Assembly (NCBI GenBank): GCA_051294375.1
Contig: JBJCIZ010000239.1
Span: 5,467,808-5,531,807 of the forward strand
DNA: 64,000 nucleotides
Reading direction: 5' to 3'
Source of the DNA: Paraspadella gotoi
Lineage: Eukaryota; Animalia; Chaetognatha
Shown here: one piece after another, positions 24,082 to 37,100 of the stretch
Layout of the letters: every line of letters starts with the position of its first letter
How positions within the stretch are numbered: position 1 is the first letter of the stretch
Notes under the pieces: model-generated
What the model saw: the letters and a program-made list of their open reading frames with translations, nothing else
The model's database searches: none
Told to the model about the DNA's origin: nothing
Made by a program: the position numbers and the translations under genes

Positions 24082-25339
24082 CCGGAATACAAAGAGACAA
24101 TCTGTGGAATGAGTTGTATTGTTATCCAAGTTAGTTTGCATAGTTCTGTATCTTTGTTTAAAAAAGTTTCGTAAATTAATTAAACGGTGTAAATTGAGTC
24201 GCTATTCATCGGCTAAATAAATTAATCCTCAAACATTAATAAATTCATGGCATAAATCTTTTTAACTTTGGTCTAATACGAAAGGCCTTCGAAAAAAATT
24301 ATACGTTGTCATCTCCTTAAACGTGTCACTAAAAATTTAACCCTCACCGCGATAAATACAAAAATTATACTATTATTAGCACGTCGATTGACCAAAAAAA
24401 AAAAAAACACATACTATACTAAAATAGCTATGGAAATTAGAAAAAAGAGAAGATTAAATACGTAAAGAATTTAGATATATATACTTAAAACTGTCACCGA
24501 TTAACAACTAAATTTTTTTTTTTTTTCATGGAATGATTTCAATTTGAACGCTACTAACGAAATATTCGATGGTTAAACCTCCCGGCGGGTACGCGCTGTC
24601 GGTAATTTTTCGCATGTCCTAAATCAATTGCGATATTTAACTTTAAATAGTATTAAACGAGATGTCCCACCGATCTGGGATTGTTCTTTCCGAGTCACCA
24701 ATTCTTTACAATATGTTTTGGGGGGGGGGGACAGCAACGAAAATTACAATTTATTATATATATATAAGTAAAAAATTCTTTGAAAATAGGGATTAAGGTT
24801 AACGGATTAGGGATTAGAGATGATATAGCTTATATAGCTATATATACATATATATATATATATATTTTATTATATGAAAATTTGCAAATTACTTGTTTCA
24901 CTATTTTCTATTTTTATATTTTATGAAGGATTTAGTATTTAATCTTATTATTTAATCAAATATATATTGCTTTCTTTCTTAAAAATGTTTTATTTATCTA
25001 ATAATTCAATTTGGGAAGGGGAAGTCAGTGTTGTCTTCTGGAAATAGAGGGAGCTTCGGTTTAAAAATTCGGTTAGAAATTAAAACGAGAATTTAAGATT
25101 AAATTAAAGTTCGGAGAAAAGGAGTACTTGGTTGGATGTCGTCAGTACCCTCACCGGCGACTTGGCCATTGATGCAAAATGAAAGTAACGAAATTAAGGG
25201 TTTGAGCTGAGGCTCAGATGTGAAAGGGGGGCTTTGGTTAGGGTTATCGTTGAAGGATAGGGCCAGAGGGTGACCCTAGGGTTAGGGTTCCGGTTCGACA
25301 TGAGACAGGAGTCCAAGGTTAGGGTTGGGGCTAGGGAAG

Positions 25340-25600
25340 TCGCTCGCTGGCGATGTAGCAAGCTGGGGAAAGGATATGGATCGGTGCTCGGTTTAGGGTT
25401 AGGGTTGAGCGGGAGGCTCGCTGGCGATATAGCGAGCCGGGGAAAGGATTTGGATCGGTGCTCGGTTTACGGTTAGGGTTGAGCGGGAGGTTCGCTGGCA
25501 ATATAGCGAGCTGGGGAAAGGATTTGGATCGGTGCTCGGTTTAGGGTTAGGGTTGAGCGGGAGGCTCGCTGGCGATATAGCGAGCCGGGGAAAGGATTAG
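25340..25600 (+). repeat. 74-nt tandem repeat (about 3.5 copies) containing TTAGGG units and a GC hairpin
   Basis: ggatcggtgctcgg at 25378, 25452 and 25526. Confidence 0.9.
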
Positions 25601-25713
25601 GTTCAGGGTTAGGGCTGAGAAGGACGAGGCGCCGAAAGCCTATCACACTCATACCCTCTAAACGCCCTACACCCCCAACGACTATAACCCCCCCCCCATT
25701 CCTCAAGCCCAAC

Positions 25714-25939
25714 CTCCTCGCTGGCGTCCACGACGTGTTCTCTCCACGTTTCTCCGTTCTCGCTTCTCAGGATCATGATCTCTCGCTCTCTCCCGCGCAG
25801 CGAAGCAAAGTGCGGGATCTCGATGATCACCGGTCCCAAGAACTTGGTCGATACGGGACCCATCTCCACGACGCGGGCCGCCAACGCCTCCCCTTCCATC
25901 AGGGGGGGAGGATGACTCAACTTCTCTTTCTTGATTAAT
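25714..25939 (-). CDS. Ank2: Exon, ZU5-A
   Basis: 226 nt, LIKKEKLSHPPPLMEGEALAARVVEMGP...LRSENGETWREHVVDASEE. Confidence 0.96.
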
Positions 25940-26528
25940 CTGGGGGGGGAGGAAGAGGGAGGGGGAAGAGGGAAAGGAGAGAGAATAGGGAGTGGGGGGG
26001 AGGGATGAGGGAGAGAGAAAGAGAAGACGAGAGAAGGAAAGGAGAAAGAATAGGGAAGGAGGAAGGCGAGAGGAAAGGGAAGGGTAAGGGAAAATGGGAA
26101 GGAGAGAAAATGGGAGTGCAGGGAGGGGGAAAAGAAAAAGAAGTGGAAGGAGGGAGGAAGAGAGGAAAAAAAGAAGAGAGGAAGTGGAAGGAAAGAAGAG
26201 AAAGATAATTTAAAGTTATCCATTCATTCAATAAATGAGCTATCTTGCTACGTGATAATCATTTTAAAGATATAATTTATCATTCCAAACAATTTCATAT
26301 CGCTTATTTTTTTAAAGGTCACTTAAACCTCAGCTTTATAAAATCCTAAGCCCTTACAATAAATCCAGTCCTTAGCCCTTAGACCTTAGCTCTTAACCAT
26401 AAATATCATGACTCTCACACCTAATCCTATCAACCCCTACTCTATTACCCTCAGCAACTCTCCCTCGCCCACGAATCTGCCCTCACCCCCCTCTTATAAC
26501 CACAACTTTACCCACGCCGACTCCACAC

Positions 26529-26648
26529 CTGCACGTGACGCGTGTGGGCATCTGTGCCTTGCGCGGCGGGATGATCAGTCGAACGCCGGAATGACGACAG
26601 CCCCGCATGGCGCCGCCACGAGCGTCGACCATGAAGCTCACCAGGAAT
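26529..26648 (-). CDS. Ank2: Exon, ZU5-A start ([39 protein letters not shown])
   Basis: 120 nt, phase 2-2; spectrin-binding DAR motif. Confidence 0.96.
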
Positions 26649-27429
26649 CTGTGTGTGTGTGTTAGGGGGGGGATTTTGTGTGTGTGGGGAGGGCAGAGAA
26701 TTGGTGGTGGTGGGGGAGTGTGCAGAGAGAGAGAGAGAGAGAGAGGGAGAGCGTGGGAGAGAGGGAGAAATAGAGAGAGAGGGAGGGAGAGAGAGCGAGA
26801 GAGGGAGAGAGAGCGAGAGAGAGAGGGAGAGAGGGGGGAGAGAGAGTTGATTAACGTAGTTAATTAGCATACGAGTCCATTAAAAGATCAAAAGAAGAAG
26901 CGTTAATGAGGTAAGGTTAGGGTGAGGTTAGATTGGGTTTGGGGGTTAGGTTAAAGTGAAGTTACATCAGGCGGAGGTTGGGATCAGAGTCAATTTGGAT
27001 CATGGGTGATCATGGGTGATCATGGGTGAAGTTAGATCGAGTCGAAGTTAGATCAGGGTGAAATAAGATGAGGGTCAGTTTGGATAGGGTTGATAAGTTA
27101 GATAAAGTAGAAGTTAGATCGTTTGAGGTAAGAAAAGGGTCAGGTTAGATTTGGGGTAAGATTGGCCGAGAAATGATAAAAAGGAAGGAGGTAAGGGGAA
27201 TAAGTAGAAAATAAGGAAGGAGGTGGATCGAGAGAAGTAAGGCGTTGAGTGGTGGGCGTTGCCATGGGAACGAGCAGATGTTGAGGAGGAGGAGGAGGAG
27301 GAGGAGGAGGAGGGGGGAAAAATTCACAAGTGGTCGAGAGATGGAAAAAAGTTCATTTCGATCGCGAGAGAAAAAAAAAGAGAAATTCTTTCGAGTGGGA
27401 GGAAGATTTTTGATATACGAGACTCGATG

Positions 27430-27750
27430 CATCGTCGTCGTCGTCGTCGTCGTTTTCGTCGTTCGTAGTCTTCGCCATCGTCGTGGAAGTTATCGTCATA
27501 GTTGTATTCATCTTTGTCATCATCATCTTCGTCGATATCGTCGTCATCATCGTCGTCGTCTTCATTTCGTCATAGTCGACGTTGTCGTTGGCGTCATCTT
27601 TGGGGGTCGAAGTCTTTGTCTTTGTCGTCATCGTCGTCATTATCATCGTCGTCGTCATCATCATCATCATCATAACGGTCTTCCTCTTCATTGTCATCAT
27701 ATTCATCGTCGTCGTCATCGTCATCGTCATCGTCGTCATCGTCAACATCA

Positions 27751-27781
<31 letters not shown>

Positions 27782-27782
27782 T
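27430..27782. repeat. (GTC/ATC)n trinucleotide microsatellite
   Basis: Direct inspection. Confidence 0.9.
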
Positions 27783-27932
27783 CGTTTTTCGAAATGAAAA
27801 CAAATCATCTCCTTTGTTTATCTTCCTCGTCTTAGTAAAATGTAGACTGTGAACTTTTTATATCCATATCATCATGATAATTTTATCTTCTTTCTGTCAC
27901 ATGTTTATCACATCTTTATATTTATCACTTAC

Positions 27933-27950
27933 GTTTTCCATTTTAATTTC
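27933..27950 (-). CDS. Ank2: 18-nt microexon (G)KLKWK(T) just before ZU5-A
   Basis: ag|GAAATTAAAATGGAAAAC|GTAAGT, symmetric phase 2-2, CTAAT branch-like motif upstream. Confidence 0.8.
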
Positions 27951-28019
27951 CTTTTTTTTCGTGATTAGAAAAATTGGGTTAGCATTGAAAAAAAATAATG
28001 TGTTGGCATGAAAGAAGAA

Positions 28020-28095
<76 letters not shown>

Positions 28096-28891
28096 CAAAC
28101 GGGAAAGACGAAACGGAGAAAAAAATTATATGTTAAGTTTAGGTGAAGTAAAAATATATAAAACTCGAAAATTTAACCTAACGGGTTTGTTGATAAACAA
28201 ACAGCGGGACTGGTCACAAAAATTATTTAAAGAAATAATTTACATAGCTTTTTGATAGAATTTTAATTTTTTTAAATACTGAAATAATAAATTCAATTAT
28301 TGAACCATACTTATACATTATTAACTGATGAGTATTTGGTACGTAACAGCATTGGAATGGCCTTGTTAGTATATTTATATTGGGAACAATTTTTATGACC
28401 ATAGTTAACTAAATTGGAAGAAGGGAATTTAAAAAAAATATTATTATAAGTGAGTTTCGTATTATATCATAATTTAGGTAGCAACGATTACGAACTATAA
28501 CTCAAGAAAAGGAAGATATCAATTTGCATATTTTGACAATAAACTAGAAGCAAAACAGAACGACAAAAGGTAAACAAAACGTAAACAAATGATCTTACAT
28601 TTCGTCATGCATTTTTAATCGAATTTGTTTCCCGGCGAGTGAGACTTCTTTCATTTTTAATTTTAATGAATTAATTTCTTAATTAAATATTGACGATATA
28701 AAATTAGAAAATCCGATCGAAATTTGAAATGTGACTTCTGACATACAAAATAGCCCCCAAAAAATCACATTTTTTTAAAGTTTCGTTTTCAAATTCTAAT
28801 TTTCTTTTTTTTTTTTCTTAATTTCGCGTTTTAAAATCGCACTTTTTTTCTTTGTTTTGACGAACAAGCGAGCGAAATAGGAAATGAGGAG

Positions 28892-28964
<73 letters not shown>

Positions 28965-29562
28965 TATACGCTAGCGGCGAAACAGGTCCAGAAAAAGATG
29001 ATGCGATATAATTTCATTAACGACTGGTAAGAATTTTCCCTTTTTTGTTTTTTTTTAAGCCCCACAGATTGGAGTTTTGCCCCATAAAAAAACAGAAAAA
29101 ACAAGAGATGTTTCGTTCTGCCACAAGTTAGAAGTCGGTCCAACCTCTCAGACTAAAACAAAACGAAAAAAAAAACCAGCTTTTTCAAAAACAAATATCT
29201 ATTTCGAAGAAAAAACATAACCGTTCGATCGTTGAACCGACGTTACTGTTAAAAGTCTGAAAAGTTGAATTTAAGTTAGAGGTTTCATTCATTTATTTTT
29301 TTTTTAATGTTTTTTAATAAGTTTTACTTTGAGTTTAAGCCTCATCTTTCTCATATTTTCTTTACAATAAATTGATTTAAAATATAAAAAAAACTGCGCG
29401 AAAAACCGCCATCACCCAAAAAAAAACAGAGAGAAACAAAACAAAAAAAAAGTTTGAATTTTTTTTTCTCGTTAAAACCAGAAACTCGTTTTAGCACAGA
29501 TTCGCTAAAACCGTTATTTTTTTTTATTGGGCGAAGGGGGTCAGCAAAATCCGAGCTGGTTG

Positions 29563-29728
29563 CAACGAATTGTATTGTATTGTACAACGAATTGTATTGT
29601 ATTGTACAACGAATTGTATTGTATTGTACAACGAATTGTATTGTATTGTACAACGAATTGTATTGTATTGTACAACGAATTGTATTGTATTGTACAACGA
29701 ATTGTATTGTATTGTACAACGAATTGTA
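29563..29728. repeat. 22-nt perfect minisatellite (CAACGAATTGTATTGTATTGTA) x about 7.5
   Basis: Head-to-tail identical units, no spacers. Confidence 0.95.
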
Positions 29729-30305
29729 CTTTCGCTCAACTTTGATCCCCAATTTCTCGATACGTTATTGAAGTTTTTTTGGACGGCTTGACAAATTATG
29801 ACACGAAAGTTACGAATGTCTCATCAATCAAAACTTGACAATCGATTATTATTTTTTTTATATAGGGAGAGAGAGCGTAGACTATTGTTCACAATTTGTG
29901 AACAGTGTTCACAACAAACAAAAGTCACTCACGGTAATAACTCCGCGTCAATCAACTGCAACGACGAAATATTTAACATTTTTAACAAATTTAAGAAAAA
30001 AAATTAGGGCCCCTTTTTTCCCGCTTGAATTAGGAATAAAGTTAAGTTTAAGGATTAGTGTTAGGAATTCATTTATGGTTAATATAAGGGTTAAGAATTA
30101 GAAAAATGATTCGGTAAGAGATAAAATATTAAGTTTAAAAATAAGTATAATAGTTAAGGAACATATTAGAGCCAAAATTAGAATATTTAAAAACAGTTCC
30201 TTTCCTTTCACAGCAAAAAATAAAAGCCCGGAACGTGAAGCAGCTATTCACTATATTTTGAATTAACATCAAACTGATTATATATTCCTTTTTTAACAAT
30301 CTTAC

Positions 30306-30346
30306 CCGAACAAAGAGGGAACGTTGGTCATGCTCGATTTTATCAT
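30306..30346 (-). CDS. Candidate internal first coding exon (MIKSSMTNVPSLFG)
   Basis: ATG-initiated, GG|GTAAGA donor, phase 2 matches the ZU5-A acceptor. Confidence 0.4.
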
Positions 30347-31335
30347 CGGTTTAATTTTGGGTCTGGTTTTTGTTTAATAAGGGTGATATATATATAAAGT
30401 TTGGAGGGTGTGAGAATGGTTATAAAGAAATTTAATGGGATTTTCATTAAAACTCACGGTTACCAGAAAACTTTTAACACAGGTAATAAATCATATTTTT
30501 TTTCTTTATCGAGTTTTACATACACCATGATAAACTCAGAAAACAATTTAAATCACACAAAAGTCACTCAAATCCTCATGCTCGGACACAAACATATGTG
30601 ATCGCAAAAAAAAAGGAGAAAAACTAAAGCCAAGGATAATTTACGGTTACGTGCGTAAAATATATACATAGCGAATCGTAAAAACAATAACTAAACAAAG
30701 TATATATAATCGAACGAAAATAGAAAAAATGAAAATTAAAAAAAGAAGATATATGAATGTGCGTGTAAGAGAAGTTGTGGGGCCCCTCCACAATTTTTTG
30801 TACGGGCCCCGGGCGGCCTGAAACCGCCACCTCTATTTACAAATTACTCAGCAAGAAATAAGGTTTTTGTGTCGCTTGATTCTACTTGTTCAAAAAATAT
30901 TTACAAAATTTAAAATACCTATTATTATCTCTAGTATAACATAGATTATTAGATATTAACATGTTCAATTATCCCCTCAAAATTATTATTCCATATCCTA
31001 CGCTTTCTGTCCAGCCTCTTAGATATAATAAATTTCTATTAAATACTTTTTAACTGGAATAATATATAATGTACAGTGTATTATTATCTAATAGAAAAAC
31101 TATGAAAGATTTGCTACTCTAACCTTTTGTAAGTCTCCCTAATTCTCCAGATTGTAAACTCTGACTCCCCTCCAAAAATGATATTATAGTTATAATTATA
31201 AATAAATTCTAAAAACAATATATTCATAAATAGTAATAGATGACTACGGGCCCCGCTAAGAGCCCGAGCCGATTCTTGGAGGTTGTTCAACCCCCTTACA
31301 CGCCGTCGGATTCTATACAGGCACAAGGGCTTCAC

Positions 31336-31474
31336 CTGCGTGGACCGGCGATCGATTGATTTCTATGTTGTCCGATTGGTGTCGCCACTGGTCCGAGTCC
31401 GACGGAATCGACAAATGAGCATCGACGGCCGAGCTCGCCATCGCCGCTTGATGTTCGCTGATTCGCTCTTCATC
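31336..31474 (-). CDS. Ank2: Linker exon (DEERISEHQ...SDNIEINRSPVHAG)
   Basis: cag| start, DN....SPVHAG motif preceding ZU5; the donor as assembled is one base short of the phase required downstream. Confidence 0.85.
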
Positions 31475-31774
31475 CTGGGGAGAGAGCGACGGAGGGAGGG
31501 GAGCGTAATTTGATATTAAAATTGAGGTTTATTAAAATTATATAACTAATTTAATCATTCATTCATTCATTCATTCCTTGTCAATATCGAGACGTCGCTC
31601 TTCGGTCGGTCGGTAAGTCTGTTTGTATTTCCGTTGGTCTGTCCCACTTAAGTTAAAAAAAAAACCAAAAAAAAAAACAACTCATAACTCGTTCATATTT
31701 GGTATTAAAGTGAAGTACCAAAAGACCTTTATGTATGTATGTATGTATGTATGTATGTATGCATGTATGTGTGT

Positions 31775-32390
31775 ACTAAGGCGTAGTGAAAGTTACACAC
31801 AAAAATTCTAAATGTTAATTATGAACAACATACCATCAGCAAATATTAATTTGTAAAAAAAAAATATTTTATGTTCTTCAATTTTCGCAGTAGGCAATAT
31901 TTATATATAGTACTATCCTTATAAAATCGAAAAATTTTAAAAGAGGCTTTTCTTAATTTTGATTGCAGATTTGAATTCCTTGTCAAAAGTTGATAAAAGA
32001 AAATATAAGTCATTTTTGAAAATTCTTTCATTAAGTGGGTTAAAAATTTAAAAAACTATATTTGATATATAAAAAGTTAATTTTCAGCTTAAAATATAGC
32101 TTTTTATAATTTTTGACCCACTTAATGAAGGAATTTTTTAAAAAGAGTTATATTTCTTTTTATCAACTTTTTATGACAAATCCAAATCTGCAAAAAAATT
32201 TTAGAAAAAACTGTTTTGAAATTTTAACATTTATTGGATTAGTACTAGTATAAATATGGCCTACTGCGTAAATTGTAAAATTTATTATAAATTTTTTTAT
32301 TACATAAATGTTTATTAATATAATGTTGTTCGTTCCTCACTTTTAGAATTTTAATAAAAGTTAAATTTAGAAATTTTACTACGCCTTAGT
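31775..32390. mobile_element. Foldback/MITE-like element, nearly palindromic over about 615 bp
   Basis: Termini ACTAAGGCGTAGT / ACTACGCCTTAGT; internal matched arms (gcagtaggc/gcctactgc, tgcagattt/aaatctgca, cattaagtgggt/acccacttaatg); flanked by GTGT on both sides. Confidence 0.8.
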
Positions 32391-34199
32391 GTGTACGTAT
32401 GTATCAATTGTATCATACTTGCGAAGTCAAGTGATCACCTTAAAAAGCTATCACATCTTCCAAAATTCAATGCGGCTTAAATTCGGTTGCTCTTTTTTTT
32501 TTTTTTTTTGCAAGCCACCGAGTAGCTACTGAAGGTGTCACGCTTATAGGTGGGCGGAACTTATCGCGATGCCCGACTCATAATATTAATTAATACTCAT
32601 ACTATTAATTAATATTCAATTAACTAAAAATTACCGATTCTTCTACGACGCAAGGTTTTAAAACGTAAACGTGGATGCGTTGTTCCTTCTTTCCGACTTT
32701 TAACAAACAATCCTTCATTGTTTCCGGTTCGTTCGATGGGGTGACTGACTTTTTTATTGTATCGTAAAAAAAAGAAAAGTCAAAACGTTTATATTTTGTA
32801 TTGTTAAAAAAAAAACTGGTTGATAAAGAAGGAAGGAAAACTTGAAGTGGACTTTTGACCCCGTACATATTTTTTTTTTCAATCACAGCCACTCTAGCGT
32901 TGTAGTGAATGTAAATAATGACGCGGTTTTGTTGTTTTTTCTTGTTTTGTTTTGGTTTTTTTTTCAATTTTCGCCGTAAAACCCGACGATCGTTTTCGAT
33001 GTCGACGAAAACAAAACTTTATTTTTTTGACGAATTAATCGATGAGCAAATTTTTTATTGTTCTAACACAAAACGGGGAAAAAAATGGGAAAAAATGAGA
33101 AAAAACATATTTTCTGCCGATTTCGCATAAAAAAAAATAGCGGTTCAATGTTGGAAAAGGCAACAAAAAACCATTTTTGCACACCCTGCTTTCACGGCAG
33201 AAAGGCATGGCGAAATAGAAATTACGTTTTACAGATTAAGAAAAGGTTTAGTTTCTTTTTTAATAATTGAAAAGGGTTTAAGATTTTTTTCTTCAAAAAT
33301 TATTTGATTTGTGCTTTTTTATGAAATTGGTACAACTCATATAAAAAATTATTCATTCATTTAATAATTTAATTTATTTTATATTATTCTTATGAATAGG
33401 TAATTTGCGAGCATTTTTTTTATTTTAAATTTATACATTTGCAAAGTTGTTCATTTTAAGTTGTGTCTTCGTATTTTCTATTTTCTTTCATTTCTTAGTT
33501 AAAGACGAAATCAAAACTTTTTTTTCTCTTTTTTGGCTGAAATTCAATCATTTTTTTTCTTTTTTCTTTTTTTTCTCTTTGATTTCGCAAGAAAACAAAC
33601 TGAAAATTTGTTGGGACGAGAGAGAATAACATTGACGTATAAAGCAGAGATAAAAGCAAAGAAATGAAAAGGAAAGCTAAGAGCAAAGCGGAGATACAAT
33701 TTAAAAAAGAAAACAATTGAAAGAGGCTGACCGAACTTTGAAAAAAAAGATATAATACCGTGGAGGATAAAATACAAATGTAAAAAAAATGTATGATTTG
33801 ACCCCTATATACTTTTTTTTTTTAAATGTCGAAAAATAAAAAAAAGGAATATAGACGTTTTTAAAAATAAAGTAAAAAAATAAAGTTATGATGAATGTAA
33901 ACTTGGTTTTTTTTTAAGTAAAAAAAGTTTATTATGAGTTTGAGTTAAGAAGACCTCAAATAGAATGGAGAGAGATCGATAGAATGATGAGCAGAAAAAA
34001 AAACGAAGATTTAAACGTAAAGAACCAAATTGCGATTTAAAAGATAATAAAATTCCTTCAATTGTAATATCAAAGCCAAAATAATATACACTCTGGAAAG
34101 GTTCATATACATTTTTTTTTAAATCAAGTTTAAGAAAAAACGAAAAATAGAAGAAATTTAAAAATTAAATTAAATCAGTAACGGGACTCTGGCGCAACA

Positions 34200-37100
34200 C
34201 CAGATCCGACTTGGTTTTATATCTGATTACATATTTTTAAACAGAAGAGAGAGAGAGAGACGAGAGAGAAAGAAGAAGAAGAGAAGAGATCATTTGGATG
34301 AGAATGCAGGAAGAAGAGATGAGAGAAAGACCACGCACGCATCGTCATTAAAAATAATAACAACATTTTTAGGGCGAGAAAGCGCATCTGGCAAAATTGT
34401 GATAATTAACTAAAAAATAGTTATTAATGACTTAAAGAATCGATGCGGGAGTCGTAAGAGAGAGAAGAGAGAGGAGAGAGACCCGATAGAGACGAGAAAG
34501 TACCGATTACGAGACACTGACACTACAGGAGAACATATATCTCGAAGACGAACTTCGAACATCACTATCATCAACTCTGTACACCACTATAAGCTTCCAT
34601 CCTCTCCCCCCGAGTTTTGTTATCATTCAACTGCCGATACCAGTCACTTGCCCCTCCACAGTATATCTCATCTCCCCCCGCTACAGTCCACTCTCACGGC
34701 AATCCCAATACATTAATCTAACCTATCATCTCCCACCGTCTCTACCACCATCACTACTTTATATCTTTCTCCCTATATCCCTCCTTCACCTCTCCCTGTA
34801 CACTCCATCTCCTTCCCTCTATCACACACCACCCTCTATCACACTCTTCCCTCTTCTATTTTTAAGATACATCACAATCCTACTCATACTCATACGTCAC
34901 AAAACTCACTCTACACAGCATTCCATCCAACCTATACTCCTCTCCCTTCTTCTCAACACGTTTCTATTCATACATATCAACCTCCCCCCCTCACCTTCAA
35001 TCCTCCATCTAATCCAATCACATCTCACTCAAAATCCCGTCTCCTTCTCTCATCATTCGTACTCTCCTACTCAATCTAAATACCCGCCTCTGCTCATCCA
35101 GCTCTCGCTTCTCTATCAATCACCTATCCACTTAACCCACCTCTCTATTCAACCACAACATCCACACCTACATTCTCACACCCTAATCTCCTCTAAAAAT
35201 CGGCTATCCGTAATCTCAATCTTCTATTCCATAAATCAAGCACTCAATCCCAAACTTTCAACCAAACATCAATAAAACAATCCCCCATACCTCTCCAACT
35301 CCATACTCCAGTATCCTCTCTCTTTCTCCTCTACCCGGCCCACATGTGCCCCGACCGCTCCTTCTCTTTAAACAGGCCACAAGATCGTTCTGCGTCAAAC
35401 AATTCTCATGCTCTTCGAGCCATCCAATAATCTGATTAAAGATGCTCCCCGCCCATCTCTTCACCGCCTTTGAAAAAAAGGAAAGCAACAAAAAAACGTA
35501 AGGGAATTAAAAAAGGCGAAAGAATAAGCAAAAAGCTCATCTCACGAAGCAATAAAAAGAAACGAAAAGATAACCAATTGTAGAAATAAAAGACACAAGT
35601 ACAATAACAAATCCTTAAAAAAAAGGAAGAAAAGAAACAATGTAGACAAAAAAACTGCTTAAAGAACATAAACACTATCTGTTAGTAAAAAAATGAAAGA
35701 TAACACAAAGAAAATAGTAGAACACAAAAAACTAATAATGACAAAGAAAATATCGCTGTAGAATAAAAAGGAACCAAAGAAAACGACAAAACACTGCAAA
35801 ACCCAACAAAAACCGAAAGCAAAAGAATATAACTCCTCCATCTCCACCCTTGGTTAGTAACAAAAACAAGACTGGAAAGAATAACGATTAGTAATCAGTT
35901 ACGAAAAAAAAGGAAAAAAAAGAAAATAGTAAAAAAAAAAAGGGTGAAAGAAAAGAAAATGTAGGAAAAAAAGGGAAAAAAAAAACAATGTAGAAAAAAA
36001 AGAAATGAAAAAGGAAATTCGAGAAAATTAAAAAGTGAAAACAAAGTAAACAATGTAGAAAAAAAAAGGTAGAAAAAAAGAAACTCGAATAGAAAAAAAA
36101 AAGGGAAAGAAAAGAAAAATGTGATGAAAAAAACAGAAAAAATAGAAAAATGCATAAGAAAAAAAAACGGCGAAAGAAAAGAAAAATGTAGAAAAAAAGA
36201 TTAAAGTAAAAAGAAAAATGTAAAAAAAAAGGGAAATGAAGAAAAGAAAAATGTAGGAAAAAAAGGGAAAAGAAAAAAAATGTAGAAAAAAAAGGAAGAA
36301 AAGAAAAACTGTAGAAAAAAAAAAAAAAAAAGGGAAGAAAAGAAAATGGTAGAAAAAAAAGGGAAAGAAAAGAAAAATGATAGGAAAAAAAAGAAAGAAA
36401 AGAAAAATCTTAGAAAAAAATAGGACTGAAAGAAAAGAAAAGAGAAAGAGAAAAAAGGTTTGTAGAATGGAAAAAAAGAAGAAAAGAAAAATTAGAAAAA
36501 AAAGGGAAAAAAAGAATAAATGTAGGAAAAAAAAGGGAAAGAAAAGAAAAAAGGTAGAAAAAAAAAAGGGAAAAAAAGAAAAATTAGCGAAAAATAAAAA
36601 AAGGAGAAAAAGAAAAGCAATAAAAATGTAGGAAAAAAAAAGGGAAAAAAAGAAAAATGTAAAAAAAAAAGGGAAAGAAAAGAAAAATGTAGAAAAAAAA
36701 GAAAAAAAGGAAAGAAAAGAAAAAATGGGTAAGAAAAAGACTTTGAAACAAATTAATTTAAGAAAACAATACTGCCATCAGCCTAATTAAATAGAGGCTT
36801 TAAAAAAAAAAAAAAATTACTTCAATTAACCGATTTGTAAAAACCTACATCACCTCCTTCGTCCTCGGAGTCGTCATAAAAACTCCTCTTGCATGGTTCT
36901 CCGCTGTGCCCACAACCTGGAAATGGGAAAATACATCCTTCCATTCTAGTGTTTTGTTTTATGGTTTAATTTAATTAAGTTGGTTGTTTATAGTTTTCTT
37001 TTTGTTTTTAAAATTAGTGTACGAAGTCGAAGAGTTTTATTATTTTTTGAACAAACGTTTGATTTATTTAATCGGAAAATGCGCCGATGAAGGTTTGTAA

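Noticed and set aside
27245-27835. Poly-Asp, poly-His/Arg and poly-Thr/Met ORFs
   Set aside because: Trinucleotide microsatellite, open in most frames, with no fitting splice sites.
29563-29728. CRISPR-like regular repeat and repeat-protein ORFs
   Set aside because: Head-to-tail 22-mers with no spacers, no cas genes, inside a eukaryotic intron.
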